From positions 1 through 64,000 of the IMG/VR virus record IMGVR_UViG_3300037249_000541: 64,000 nucleotides of DNA; one strand, 5' to 3'. Within the stretch, counting starts at the first letter, position 1, and every line of letters begins with the position of its first letter. Shown here in pieces: positions 18,820-29,723 of the stretch. The notes under the pieces are model-generated. The model was not told the origin of the DNA and did no database searches. It saw nothing but the letters and a program-made list of their open reading frames with translations. The position numbers were made by a program, and so were the translations under genes. Source of the stretch: a virus (lineage: Duplodnaviria > Caudoviricetes).

Positions 18820-21800
18820 TTAGTAAGTATAGGTATAATATCCATTCTTATTATTCTTGTTCCCATTGTTTATGCGACCACCATAAGCTGATTGATTAGC
18901 TGTAACTGGAGTATTGTATCTTTGCCAATAATTTAACTTATCACCAATAATTTTGTTCCAATACTCAATATTATTAATGTCGTTAAATTCATCAGTATTT
19001 GCTTTATCATTGTAACGTTTCATTAAATCATCGTACCATTGACTATCAGTAAATTTATCTCCATACATTGAACGATAATTATCTAATTGAGCCATATTAT
19101 TATCAAAAGCATATTTTGCATTTGTCAATCTTTCAGCCTTAGCCTTATCAGCATCAGCAATTTCCTTGTTTCTTGCTGCTATCTCATCATCCATCAAACC
19201 TTGTACTGTTGACCAAAGTTCGCCTTTCTCATTAGCAACATCCTTGGCTTTGTTATTCTGTATAATTGAATTAAATGCTGCAAGTCTATCACCAGTAAAT
19301 GTACCATTGTCTATTTTGTTTTTTCTGAAATACTCTCTGATTTTGCCATTTAATCCACTATCACCAATATAGTGCATTACGCCATCTTTGTCAGACCAAT
19401 AACGTTTTGTTATATCGTTATTTTGTCTGTTTCTCTCGGCATTCTCTTGTGCCTGTGTAATGAAGTAATTGAGAGCATTATCAGTCCAAGCAGCTTGATT
19501 GGTAGCTCTATTGTCCATAGCAGTTCTATTGGTTCTATCTGCATACCAATTCTCTTTCTGCAAATAATCATTAGCAGCCTGTTTTGCACTAAGAGCCATT
19601 TGTTGACCAAGTTGCTGTGCTTTTTGATTATCTTGATATGACGTATTACGAGCATTGGCATTAAACTGGTCTATTGTAGTGTTATACGCATCAGTCTTAT
19701 ACCTTTCTTCATTATTAGCTTGTTGAGCAGTTGCGTAATTATTACCAATACCCATACCAGTATTATACATCTGTTGATTTGCTTGTGCAGCAGCAAATCC
19801 TCTGTTGCCATTTCCAACACTTAATGCAGATTGTAATGCTGCAAGACCTTGCGCTTGTGCTGCGTTATTCATTCTCTCGGCATCCATTAAGTTAGGAGCA
19901 CGATAACCACCAATAGTATCAGCTGTCCTGAGGAACGTGCTATTGTTACCCATATCAACAAGTTCATTTGCTGGTCTTTGATTTGGGTCATATTTAGTAT
20001 TGGTTTTATTCATCCAATCATATAGCATTGGTGTAAGACCTTTCCCAAACGTAGCAAATTTACCAGCTGTACTATACAGAGGTACTCCTTCTCTATCTTC
20101 TTTGAAAGCATTTGTAGCATAAGTACCAGTAGTTGTATTACCAGTGTTAGTGTTGCCAGCTGAATTTGACCTATCTATATTAGTATTGCCTTCTGCATTA
20201 CCATATGATGTTTGACCATCACCTAAATTATTTGCATCAGTGGTAGCATCACCATCTCTAACGCCTAAATTAAGACCACCACTGTAACTTGCTTGGCTAT
20301 TAGATGTAGATGGTTGGTTATTTGAACCAATAAGGTCATATTGATTCATTGTATTTGGTCTATGGTTGTATGCTCGTAGAAAATCATACCAAGCGGCTTG
20401 GGATTTATTTCCCCAAATACCATCAACTCCATCTTTGTTTGGTCCAGTATTTCCTATATCAAAACCTTCATTTACAAGCAATTGTTGCATATCTTTTGCG
20501 TCACTTGGTAATGTTGGGTATCTTTTTTGATATGCAGTAAAGTTAGCTTCTGGATTTTCACCAGTATACATTGGAGTTGTGCTGCTAAATAATCTTGGAG
20601 TACCCGCATTGTTGGCTGTCCAATTATTCATATAATCATCACCAAGAACTAAGTTTGGATTAACATTTAAAAGCTTAGGCTTTATTTGAGGAGTACCACC
20701 ATCCCAAAATAAATTACCACCAAATGCGTGTAACATATTATTACCGCTTCTATTGGTATTTGACAACACTTCATTACCACCGCCTTGTTGTCCTAAATCA
20801 GACATTCCAGCATTAACACCTTGTTGTGTTGCAGCATTACCCATACCACTATACTTCATTGCACCATACATAGGATTACCTTGTTGTGGTGTAGTTAAAG
20901 CATTTCTGTATTGGTTAATAGCGTCTTGTTTTTGCTGTTCCATAGAATCTTGGAACTTTTGGTCTTCTTGAGCATCTTGTAATCTCTTCATATATGCTTC
21001 AAGAGTATTCTTACCTATTGGGTCGTTAGCAAGTTCTTTATTCTTTTTAGCATACTTTTTAGCCATATCAGCATAAGACAACTTACCTTTGTTGGCTTTC
21101 TTACCTTGATGCTTAGTTGCTGGTGCTAAATTATATCTTGATAGTAATGTTGGGTCAACATTAATTCTATCAGAGAATACATAATCACCCCATCTAAATT
21201 CTCCTTCTTCTACAAGATTAGGATTGCCTTGTTGGTCAACACCTACTTGTATGCCACCATAAGGATTCTGTTCGTGAGTTCCACCATTACCATAATATTG
21301 AGCGTTATCAGGTAAATCTGAAGAATCCATCTGACCACCATTAGGGAACATATTTTTATAGTTAAAACTATTTCCTAACCCAAAATTCATTTGTTGCATA
21401 TTAACCTTCTGTTGGTCTATCTGTTGTTTATTATTCCAGAGACTCATCATATTTGGAGATAAATCTGTATATAAATTTCCACCCATATCTTTTATATTAT
21501 ATAAATTACCACCATAAGCCCTAATATTAGCCATATCACTTATTCTTTGCTGTGTATTACCATTAGTTAATGCTTGCATATTAGATAAAGTTTGGTCTTT
21601 AACAGCTCTATTATATGCTGCTTCCTGTGCAGAAATAAGTGTGTTTCTCTTTGCAAGAAAATCCTTATAAGCTCTGTCTGCTCTCTTACTTCTTCCAAAT
21701 AAACCACCAATAGAGCCAAATAATCCTGTTACAGCACCGCCTAAAGCACCCCAAGGACCCCCAACACTACCACTTGCTGCGCCTTGAGCTACAGATGCCC

Positions 21801-22590
21801 CCATATTTCTCCACCAGTTACCTTTAAAATCTTTTAATGAAGGTACTGCTGAATTAAATGATATTGGAGTTATGTTGGTTTTTAAATTTTGTTTAACAGC
21901 ATTAGCTCCACCCCAAGAACTTGAAGCATCTTGTATGTAATTTTTAGGGTTTAAGTCCATAGAGTTTTGCATATCTTTAATATACGCATCTCCCTTAGAA
22001 GTATCAGCCCTCCATTGATTAGCCAAAGCTGGAATACCTAAAGCTCCTGCAACTCTATCAGCAGTAGAAGCTTCAGTATCTAAAAAAGCATTAGCTATGT
22101 TAGTACCAGCAGCACTAACAATAGAACCCCAAGGTATACCTCCACCACCTCTTGTCCAAGTACCTTCACTTTTACCTGATTTAGATATATCAGCAAAGGC
22201 ATTACCATCAACAGTTTCAGCAGTTGGAGTTCCAGTCTGTGCAAAACTTTGCTCCATCATAGTAGTTCCTTGATATGGGTTAGTTATGTTGTTTTGTGAA
22301 GTTTGACCAGTGGCAAACCCACCAATACTTCCCCAATCAGTAGTTCCATTGCCAGTAGTGTTAAAATTTGTGATTTCTCCACTGCCATAACTATTTGGGT
22401 TAGATTGAACAGAAGCATTATATCTTGCTGTCTTATTAAAAGGATGTGCAACCCATCTTCCAATATTACCAAAAAAGTTTCCTAATCCACCTCCACCATA
22501 TATATTTAGCTTATTGGTAGTTAAGTGTTCTTTTGGCATATTATCTTCAGGATAACCAGTATAATTATAATATAAGTCTCTTAGTGTCAT
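18820..22590 (-). CDS. Cargo protein 1-like internal virion protein with transmembrane segment and peptidoglycan-binding-like domain
   Basis: crAss-type GGTHEQNPYGGIQVG..NLVEEGE..DYVFSDRI block; glycine-zipper GPWGALGGAVTGLFGSIGGLFG; MQQLLVNEGF..DGVDGIWGNKSQAAW resembles PG_binding_1; directly follows the muzzle gene. Confidence 0.75.
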   Translation of the reverse strand: MTLRDLYYNYTGYPEDNMPKEHLTTNKLNIYGGGGLGNFFGNIGRWVAHPFNKTARYNASVQSNPNSYGSGEITNFNTTGNGTTDWGSIGGFATGQTSQNNITNPYQGTTMMEQSFAQTGTPTAETVDGNAFADISKSGKSEGTWTRGGGGIPWGSIVSAAGTNIANAFLDTEASTADRVAGALGIPALANQWRADTSKGDAYIKDMQNSMDLNPKNYIQDASSSWGGANAVKQNLKTNITPISFNSAVPSLKDFKGNWWRNMGASVAQGAASGSVGGPWGALGGAVTGLFGSIGGLFGRSKRADRAYKDFLAKRNTLISAQEAAYNRAVKDQTLSNMQALTNGNTQQRISDMANIRAYGGNLYNIKDMGGNLYTDLSPNMMSLWNNKQQIDQQKVNMQQMNFGLGNSFNYKNMFPNGGQMDSSDLPDNAQYYGNGGTHEQNPYGGIQVGVDQQGNPNLVEEGEFRWGDYVFSDRINVDPTLLSRYNLAPATKHQGKKANKGKLSYADMAKKYAKKNKELANDPIGKNTLEAYMKRLQDAQEDQKFQDSMEQQKQDAINQYRNALTTPQQGNPMYGAMKYSGMGNAATQQGVNAGMSDLGQQGGGNEVLSNTNRSGNNMLHAFGGNLFWDGGTPQIKPKLLNVNPNLVLGDDYMNNWTANNAGTPRLFSSTTPMYTGENPEANFTAYQKRYPTLPSDAKDMQQLLVNEGFDIGNTGPNKDGVDGIWGNKSQAAWYDFLRAYNHRPNTMNQYDLIGSNNQPSTSNSQASYSGGLNLGVRDGDATTDANNLGDGQTSYGNAEGNTNIDRSNSAGNTNTGNTTTGTYATNAFKEDREGVPLYSTAGKFATFGKGLTPMLYDWMNKTNTKYDPNQRPANELVDMGNNSTFLRTADTIGGYRAPNLMDAERMNNAAQAQGLAALQSALSVGNGNRGFAAAQANQQMYNTGMGIGNNYATAQQANNEERYKTDAYNTTIDQFNANARNTSYQDNQKAQQLGQQMALSAKQAANDYLQKENWYADRTNRTAMDNRATNQAAWTDNALNYFITQAQENAERNRQNNDITKRYWSDKDGVMHYIGDSGLNGKIREYFRKNKIDNGTFTGDRLAAFNSIIQNNKAKDVANEKGELWSTVQGLMDDEIAARNKEIADADKAKAERLTNAKYAFDNNMAQLDNYRSMYGDKFTDSQWYDDLMKRYNDKANTDEFNDINNIEYWNKIIGDKLNYWQRYNTPVTANQSAYGGRINNGNKNNKNGYYTYTY

Positions 22591-22612
22591 AATACTTTAA
22601 TTTTTCGCAAAT

Positions 22613-25600
22613 TTATACAAAATAGCTTATTCCGATATGATGTATTATGTGTTTGTTATCACTTATATAAGGATATGTTATCATATCATCATCATCAATT
22701 AGTTCTTTTGATAACTTCACATATAGCCAAGTGTTTCTCATTCTATCTCTCTTATAGAACCTTGCATCTGGATGTTTTTTATCCCTCGGAATATCAACAT
22801 ACCATACTCTAAACTTCTTTTTAAGGATAGAATGTTGAGCTGGAAGATGAACCTTTGGTATATCTACATTTCTTATAAGAGTAGATTTATTCTCTTGGAA
22901 CTCATTCCATACGTGTATATGACTGAATGTTTCTTCAAGAAGCTCCTTATTCTTATTCCACATATCTGTTCTCATGTCAAGGTTTGTAAATATCTTATCA
23001 TAAGGCATATCTGGATTAACTAACAGTGTAACATAGTATGGTTCAAATCCATAATCTGTTGGAGAACCATAAACATCGTATTTGCCCTTAGATATTATGT
23101 TCATATCAGAATCATACGTACACTGGTCTTGAACGTAGAAGTAATTATAATCACCTTTATGCTGTTCCCAAACTTTATATGTATCTTTCCCATCACTATC
23201 TCTATCTGATAATGTAAATGCAGTTCCATTAAAAGCCATATAGTATGGAACATATCCGTAAGAGAAGAAGCTGTCAAAACAATTTAACTGAGCATTATAT
23301 GAAAGCATATTGTCTTTATAGAAAAACATCACGCTCTCATTAAATGGGTCATAATAGGTTACAAATGAATCAAATTCTACTGGGTTCCATACAAGAAGAT
23401 TAGATTTAGCATTAATCCAACTATGGAAACCCAATGTATCAGATAAATTAGCTAATTGTTGGTTCCAGGCCATTATAGCCTTGTTTTCATCATCAACCCA
23501 GTATAAGCCAGTTTCATTCTTACATATAGACCATTTATTGTTGCATCCAGTTCTTTCTGTCACATACCTTACGCCAGATACTTTGCCACTATTAGCAAGT
23601 TCGATAGGAACACCAGAACCTGTAACAATTTGTTCTCTCTCATTATACAGAATTTGAGACAATCCTCTTGGCTGAAAACATAGAAGATTATCTTGTAATT
23701 TTATTAATTTTGTTATCTTACCTTTAGAACCATCAACATCCATATTAGAAGCAAGAGTAATGTGTGTCCATTTATCTGTCGTATCACCAGACCACTTTGT
23801 CTTTGTCCAAGTAAATGAATTTGGGAAACTATTTAAACCATATGTACTTAAATCTAATCCGTGATATACAAAGAAGTTATCTTTTTGGTTATATATAGGA
23901 TTCATTAGATTCCAGTTAGCTGGAGAAGTAGCAAATGTGGGGTTGCCTTTCCAAGTGTCATATCTGCAATTTAAGTTCCAATAAGATTCAATATATACAT
24001 TTGCAATTTCTGTTACACAATTTTCATTTTCAAATGAACTTGGATATGTTTTTAAACACTCATATTTCTGAAGTCTGGTATCTCCAATAGACCATTTTAT
24101 ATCTGACGTGTATATAGGAATATAGCCTACTTCACTTTTTTCAGCAATATTAACAGAATCTCCACAAACAAGGAAGTTGTTAGTTTGCAATACATTATCT
24201 GTATATCCGCCAAATATAGAAGTTGTATCTACATCTCTCTCTATATTGACAATAGGCATAGTTTTATGGTCATTAAAATGGAAGTAATCTATGAAGCCAC
24301 TATCGTCTATGGAAATTGCCAAATGTGGAACAGATAAATATCTTACGTCAGCACTTCTTTGTATTCTTGAATTTTCATAATATTCATGCCAACGGAAGAA
24401 ATATTCTTCATCACTTCTTCTGTCATAAGGTAATCCAAAATTGGTACTATCCATTAAGTCAACATACATGGTTGTGTCAAAATACGGTTTTCCATCAATA
24501 TCATAAAGCCTCCAATCTTCTCTGTTGAAACTTCTATATGTAGAATCATCATGTATGATTGGTGTAGTTCTTCTTGTATAGTCCTTATGACTATCTATAA
24601 TGGCATATCGACAAGTGTCAAATAAAATTATGTTATCTGTATTCAGTGAGTATAATGTATCATTATCAATCTTTACTGTATTTCTACCTATTACAGGCAT
24701 AGTCTTTATTATATCTAATGCCTTGGAGTTCAAATTACTATTGTATTGATAAACACTTATACTATTTAATGTTTTATTTGATTTTAAGACAGATGAAGCA
24801 TCTGTGCTTGGGTCATAGCAAATACTACCTGATGCTTGCCAGAGCAAAACAGGGTAAGTATATTTAAAATACATCTGCATATAACTTGCTGCTCTGTTTG
24901 GAATATCCTTATCCAGCAGGTCGCTATGTACTGTAGATAGATTGAATAATGTATCATCCCAAATAAAGCCACCTACATAATGGTATGGAGATTTTGTTTT
25001 TGGACTAAACCCATTTGTCCTTGTTGGGTATCTTGTGATAAATTGATATTTATTGGCATCATTAGTAGTACAGGTGGCAAAGTCTCTGATATTATAATAA
25101 GGAGCTTGCGACCAGTACAAATCCATAGAATATCCACAAAATGCAGAAACATCTATTTTATCATGGTAAGTTACACCACTTTCATCTATTACGTCAAAAT
25201 CTACAGGTTTATTCCAAAAATCAAAAGCATATTCTGTTCTTGATGATACCATAGTTGTATCTTGTTTAATACCTTCTTCAAAATATATTGCTTTTGCGTC
25301 ATTTTTAAACTGTGGTCTTCCTGTTATTGATTTGCTTATAGAAGAAGTTAGTGTTTCAGCCATATTTTTTGCTGTCAGCACAGTTTGTGTTCCATAACAT
25401 TCTCTTAATTTGCTGTTATCAAATGATAACATTTTGATACTATCATCAAATTCAAAATCTGGAGAATATATACTGTATATATCTCTTTTATATTTTAAAA
25501 TATTTTCGCTATCACTTTTATAGTGTGTTACACAATATTCGTCTGTATGAATATCTCTATTTATTGTCCGAGTTCCACCAACTGTAACATAGTCATTTGG

Positions 25601-27337
25601 ATAATAACTACACAATTTTGAGTACCATGTTCTTGTATTAGCATTTATGATTTGACTTACATAAGATTTATCTGACATAAACCTAAAAAAGTAGTCAGGA
25701 TAAATTTTTTGTTCATCTTTACTGAAATAAAGACAATTGCCTAATATTCCTTGGAATATTACATTCCTTTCAACTATATTTGGATAAACAACAACAGGTC
25801 TTGCTTTGACATACCCAAGATTTACCAATGTATCTATAGAAGATTTTACCATATCTCCTAAGTGCATTGATGCAATAGCATATTTAAGTCTCATCAGTTG
25901 TCCAGCAGCTCCATATTGTGTTGCGACTATATTTTTATAATCGCCTAACCATACAACTTCAGACCATTTTCCTGTTTTATGTTGAAACTGAATACCAAGC
26001 CTATATATATTGCCATTTCTAAAATAGTTTACATCATGTAACTCTTCATCTCCAATTAATTCAGCTTGTGTAAATTTCAAATTACCAGTATTATCCAAGA
26101 TTAAAGCCCTGTTCATAAGATTATTATAAACATTTTCACTTAATCCCTTTGCATTTAATGCATATTCTTTTAGATTATCTCGTATATTAGAAGGTATATA
26201 GTTTCTTTTTAAATTATAGTTTCCCAAGAATAATGTATTATCTTTATTTTCCATAGTATAAGCTGTTATAGCTTCTCCTCCCTTATACAATAATTCTTGT
26301 GGGTCTATAGCAGAACCATACAAATTAGTATCAGTAAATTTTACAATATAACCTAAAGATACCCTTGTCCCATTAGGTCCAGGACCAAACTCTTCCCTTA
26401 TAGGTAATGTAGCAACAAGTTTAGTTATAGGAACATTATCTAATGATGTTCTTATTAATGAATAAATGTTTACAAAATCAAAATTACTGTCAAGACCAGA
26501 TATAGTTATATCAAATGATTGAGATGTTTGTTCGTCAGGAGCAGCACCTCTATCCTTAAACTTTAATTCATATAGTTTGGTAGATTCAAATATTGCTGTT
26601 TCCTGTCCAAATTTCCTTGAATATGTAAAATGCCATTGAATAACACCAGCAGGGAATTTACCACCTGTTTGATTTTCTTTTATATCTACTTTGTGATTAA
26701 GTAGATTTATTTCAGGAACAAAATCAAAACTATTGTCATTCCATTTTGCTTTCTTTTCGTCAGGTTCTACAATATTGATAAACCTTGGTTGATTTAATCC
26801 GTCAGTCCAATAAACCTTTTGTATGTTTTCGTTTTCATAATATCCAAGAGTTTCTATTGGATATTTCCAATCAAAACCAAGATTTCCTTCATATAGTAGC
26901 TCTCCGTATAGTTTGTCTTCATTCATCCATAGCCTATAAATCTTGTCATTTGAACTTTCTACAAGATTATCTATTTCAGACTCTTCGCCAGCAAGGTTAA
27001 GACCTTCTCCTTGTTCTATTACTGATTCTATTGCTGATTCAGAAAATTCAACATTTTTTGTCTTGTTTGTATAAAATATGACCCATTGATTATTAATCAT
27101 ACATTGACCAATAGGTACACCTTGCATATCTTGACCTTCAAGACCAATAATAGGAGTATATTTATTACCTTTCTCGTTGGTCAATGCCATCAAGTCGCCA
27201 GTATGTTTTGAACTATCATTTTTATCTGTAGTTATTCTTATGTTCTGATTTTCATATGAGTATTCAGGGTTAAAAGCACTTTCGCTTAAATCTCTGTGCA
27301 TACCCTTTATTATGAAATCTACGTGTTTTATAGGCAT
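22613..27337 (-). CDS. Muzzle / tail stabilization protein
   Basis: 1574 aa; ALTNEKGN, KVYWTDGLNQPRFINI, YRLGIQFQHKTGKWSEVVWLGD, KKKFRVW..IPR motifs typical of the crAss stabilization protein. Confidence 0.85.
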   Translation of the reverse strand: MPIKHVDFIIKGMHRDLSESAFNPEYSYENQNIRITTDKNDSSKHTGDLMALTNEKGNKYTPIIGLEGQDMQGVPIGQCMINNQWVIFYTNKTKNVEFSESAIESVIEQGEGLNLAGEESEIDNLVESSNDKIYRLWMNEDKLYGELLYEGNLGFDWKYPIETLGYYENENIQKVYWTDGLNQPRFINIVEPDEKKAKWNDNSFDFVPEINLLNHKVDIKENQTGGKFPAGVIQWHFTYSRKFGQETAIFESTKLYELKFKDRGAAPDEQTSQSFDITISGLDSNFDFVNIYSLIRTSLDNVPITKLVATLPIREEFGPGPNGTRVSLGYIVKFTDTNLYGSAIDPQELLYKGGEAITAYTMENKDNTLFLGNYNLKRNYIPSNIRDNLKEYALNAKGLSENVYNNLMNRALILDNTGNLKFTQAELIGDEELHDVNYFRNGNIYRLGIQFQHKTGKWSEVVWLGDYKNIVATQYGAAGQLMRLKYAIASMHLGDMVKSSIDTLVNLGYVKARPVVVYPNIVERNVIFQGILGNCLYFSKDEQKIYPDYFFRFMSDKSYVSQIINANTRTWYSKLCSYYPNDYVTVGGTRTINRDIHTDEYCVTHYKSDSENILKYKRDIYSIYSPDFEFDDSIKMLSFDNSKLRECYGTQTVLTAKNMAETLTSSISKSITGRPQFKNDAKAIYFEEGIKQDTTMVSSRTEYAFDFWNKPVDFDVIDESGVTYHDKIDVSAFCGYSMDLYWSQAPYYNIRDFATCTTNDANKYQFITRYPTRTNGFSPKTKSPYHYVGGFIWDDTLFNLSTVHSDLLDKDIPNRAASYMQMYFKYTYPVLLWQASGSICYDPSTDASSVLKSNKTLNSISVYQYNSNLNSKALDIIKTMPVIGRNTVKIDNDTLYSLNTDNIILFDTCRYAIIDSHKDYTRRTTPIIHDDSTYRSFNREDWRLYDIDGKPYFDTTMYVDLMDSTNFGLPYDRRSDEEYFFRWHEYYENSRIQRSADVRYLSVPHLAISIDDSGFIDYFHFNDHKTMPIVNIERDVDTTSIFGGYTDNVLQTNNFLVCGDSVNIAEKSEVGYIPIYTSDIKWSIGDTRLQKYECLKTYPSSFENENCVTEIANVYIESYWNLNCRYDTWKGNPTFATSPANWNLMNPIYNQKDNFFVYHGLDLSTYGLNSFPNSFTWTKTKWSGDTTDKWTHITLASNMDVDGSKGKITKLIKLQDNLLCFQPRGLSQILYNEREQIVTGSGVPIELANSGKVSGVRYVTERTGCNNKWSICKNETGLYWVDDENKAIMAWNQQLANLSDTLGFHSWINAKSNLLVWNPVEFDSFVTYYDPFNESVMFFYKDNMLSYNAQLNCFDSFFSYGYVPYYMAFNGTAFTLSDRDSDGKDTYKVWEQHKGDYNYFYVQDQCTYDSDMNIISKGKYDVYGSPTDYGFEPYYVTLLVNPDMPYDKIFTNLDMRTDMWNKNKELLEETFSHIHVWNEFQENKSTLIRNVDIPKVHLPAQHSILKKKFRVWYVDIPRDKKHPDARFYKRDRMRNTWLYVKLSKELIDDDDMITYPYISDNKHIIHHIGISYFV

Positions 27338-27348
27338 AATGTTTAATA

Positions 27349-28044
27349 TTAATGTATTCTACGATATTCTCTGTTGCCAGCATCCCTGAATCCATTGGAG
27401 AATGTGTTGTCCCTTGGAATCATAGCTGTCCATTCTCTTGCAAAAGATTCCATCTCTGACACAGACGGTGTTGTCAACTCTTTCTGTAATTGTCCTGCCC
27501 TCCAAGCATAGTCTTGCTGAACATTCTGTATTTGAGCAGCATTTACTTTTCCCATTTCAAACAGCACAAGGAATAATTCCTTCTTAATGTATAACTCCAA
27601 TGCTTTAAGGTATATTCCATTGTCTATTAGCATTGGATAACCATCTTTGTCAACTGGAACTGACTTATATGATATTCTTATCTTTGTAAACTTTCTCGAA
27701 ACAAATATTATGTTTCCTTGCGTTTTGAAGGCAAGCTCTTCTTGTTGACAACCATAGGATTTGTCATTTGGCATAAATGTATCTTGCATAGCTCTGTAAC
27801 AAATACCAGTCTTACAGTCTTTGACTTGATTTATTGCAGCACAATCACAAGGCAAAACTCCTCTGTAATCCTTTATGTCAACATCAGCTTCCTTATCTTC
27901 CATAAGTTTAGGCAATCCAAATATGTCATTGAAATCTGCGACATATTGAATAGCTTGTTCAAGCCCAAAATCCTTTAACATAGGATGCCTTAGAACTCTT
28001 GAAACTATCTCCTTTATACTTACGTATTTAATTTCTTTTACCAT
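27349..28044 (-). CDS. Tail ring (tubular) protein
   Basis: Likely start MVKEIKYVS at 28044; DYRGVLPCD, PVDKDGYPML, QQDYAWRAGQ; synteny. Confidence 0.75.
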   Translation of the reverse strand: MVKEIKYVSIKEIVSRVLRHPMLKDFGLEQAIQYVADFNDIFGLPKLMEDKEADVDIKDYRGVLPCDCAAINQVKDCKTGICYRAMQDTFMPNDKSYGCQQEELAFKTQGNIIFVSRKFTKIRISYKSVPVDKDGYPMLIDNGIYLKALELYIKKELFLVLFEMGKVNAAQIQNVQQDYAWRAGQLQKELTTPSVSEMESFAREWTAMIPRDNTFSNGFRDAGNREYRRIH

Positions 28045-28543
28045 ATTTCGTATCTTCAAATAGTTTTATTGAATTATTCGTTACATAATGTATTAGTCTT
28101 GTAGCCAAATCTTGACACACTCTGAACTTGAATATTGCAGACCTTGGATGTCTTTTGTGAAAGAACTTAATTCTTACAAATTTTAAGGCGTTTATATCAT
28201 AAAGATATTTTCCTTTACCTAATTCATTATTACGCTTCATTTGCCTTGTTTTACCCCATAGAATAGGAAGATTTGTTCTCTTTGTCTTTGGATTGTAATA
28301 TCTTTCCCTTTCAAAAGCCATTAACTTACCTATATATGGTAAATCTATTTCTTGTTTTTCTATGAACTCATTGGCAATTTCCTTGTTTATATCATCAACA
28401 AGTTTATGAAGCTGTATTGTTGTCATATCCCTTGTAATAACAGGATTCTCTTCTTTGAGTAAGAGTTTTCTTAACTCAGAGAAGAGATGCCTATTGTCGT
28501 AGCAATATCCTTTGTTCTTTTTATATCTTAGGGGCTTTATCAT
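28028..28543 (-). CDS. IHF/HU-like DNA-binding protein
   Basis: Likely start MIKPLRY at 28543; basic; INKEIANEFIEKQEIDLPYIGKL resembles the HU/IHF core; conserved position in the crAss tail block. Confidence 0.6.
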   Translation of the reverse strand: MIKPLRYKKNKGYCYDNRHLFSELRKLLLKEENPVITRDMTTIQLHKLVDDINKEIANEFIEKQEIDLPYIGKLMAFERERYYNPKTKRTNLPILWGKTRQMKRNNELGKGKYLYDINALKFVRIKFFHKRHPRSAIFKFRVCQDLATRLIHYVTNNSIKLFEDTKYGKRN

Positions 28544-29186
28544 CTTGTGCGTTATTATCTTTGTCTTCTGGTTCTGCAACTGGTGCTTGAAGCTCTTTGT
28601 ACACAAACTCTAATAATTGAGGTATTTTATCCTCGCTTATAGGGAATGGTGAATCCCAAGAATCACAGGTAGATTCACAAGCAAGTTTTGCTGCGTCTGA
28701 TGGATTTTCAAATATTGCAGTCATTCTTACCTTTTGTAGATATATAAATTGTGGATTCTCTGATTTAAGCCACAAGTATCTGTCATACATTGTAACATAT
28801 ATGATGTTCTTCATATACTTATTCTCACCAGTATATCTGAACCTATTTGAATCTACAAATGTTATATGTATCGAACCAAAATAATCCTCTGGATGTATAG
28901 TTGTTATACCCTTACCAAGAAGAGCTGGCAACTTGTCTTTACTTCTTAGATACAAACCGCTCTCGCAAGGTTCACCAACAATTGCTGGTACTTCTACAAG
29001 TGGTATACATAATGTCTGATAATTTGATTCAGAAATCTCACTATCAGAGCTTCTGTCCTGTTTTAGCAAGAAGTTTCTATATTTATCCAAAAGAAATACA
29101 ATATGGTCTTCGTTGAAGTATGTATCATCTGTATTCAACTTCAACTTATCCATAACCATATATATAAGTTCTCTGTATGTACTCAT
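28521..29186 (-). CDS. Tail ring protein
   Basis: MSTYRELIYMVMDKLK..NYQTLC..AIFENP; synteny. Confidence 0.75.
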   Translation of the reverse strand: MSTYRELIYMVMDKLKLNTDDTYFNEDHIVFLLDKYRNFLLKQDRSSDSEISESNYQTLCIPLVEVPAIVGEPCESGLYLRSKDKLPALLGKGITTIHPEDYFGSIHITFVDSNRFRYTGENKYMKNIIYVTMYDRYLWLKSENPQFIYLQKVRMTAIFENPSDAAKLACESTCDSWDSPFPISEDKIPQLLEFVYKELQAPVAEPEDKDNNAQDDKAPKI

Positions 29187-29398
29187 TTCTTTGCTATCTC
29201 TTTAAGTTTGTCAATAAATACTCTTGCTTGCAATGTCTGCTCTGCGAAACGTATCAGTTTGTCTATCGCCTCTCCAAATTCTTTTGGATTATATGGCATA
29301 GTCTGGTGCGTTTCTGGGTCTTCTCCATCATAAGGATATTCACCTCTCCTCCATTTCTGCATCTCCTTGCAGACCTTTATAGCTTCGTTAATTAACAT
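29183..29398 (-). CDS. Small hypothetical protein inserted in the tail operon
   Basis: 71 aa, overlaps both neighbours. Confidence 0.6.
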   Translation of the reverse strand: MLINEAIKVCKEMQKWRRGEYPYDGEDPETHQTMPYNPKEFGEAIDKLIRFAEQTLQARVFIDKLKEIAKK

Positions 29399-29723
29399 AA
29401 TCCTTTCTGTTCCTGTTTACTTCCGTGTTTACATCATACGTAGGAGAAGGTATTGCACATATTGAACAATACAGACATTCAAGCAATCTTTGTATTGTAG
29501 CCTCATCCTTCTTAGTCCAATAAGCCTGAAACTCTTCCCTAAAATTAGCCAGCATAACCAAAGCAAGTAGTCTGTAAACAGAAGTGTAATCATAATAACC
29601 ATATTGAGATAGCGTAACGAAGTATCTTCTTAATGCTTCGTTAGCTATCACTTCTGTATTAGATTCAAGCTGGTCAATCAGCTTGTCTTTTTCTTCCTTA
29701 TTTATATTACTGCACCTTTTCAT
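29388..29723 (-). CDS. Tail hub protein B-like
   Basis: EALRRYFVTLSQYGY..LECLYCSICAIP; synteny. Confidence 0.6.
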   Translation of the reverse strand: MKRCSNINKEEKDKLIDQLESNTEVIANEALRRYFVTLSQYGYYDYTSVYRLLALVMLANFREEFQAYWTKKDEATIQRLLECLYCSICAIPSPTYDVNTEVNRNRKDYVN

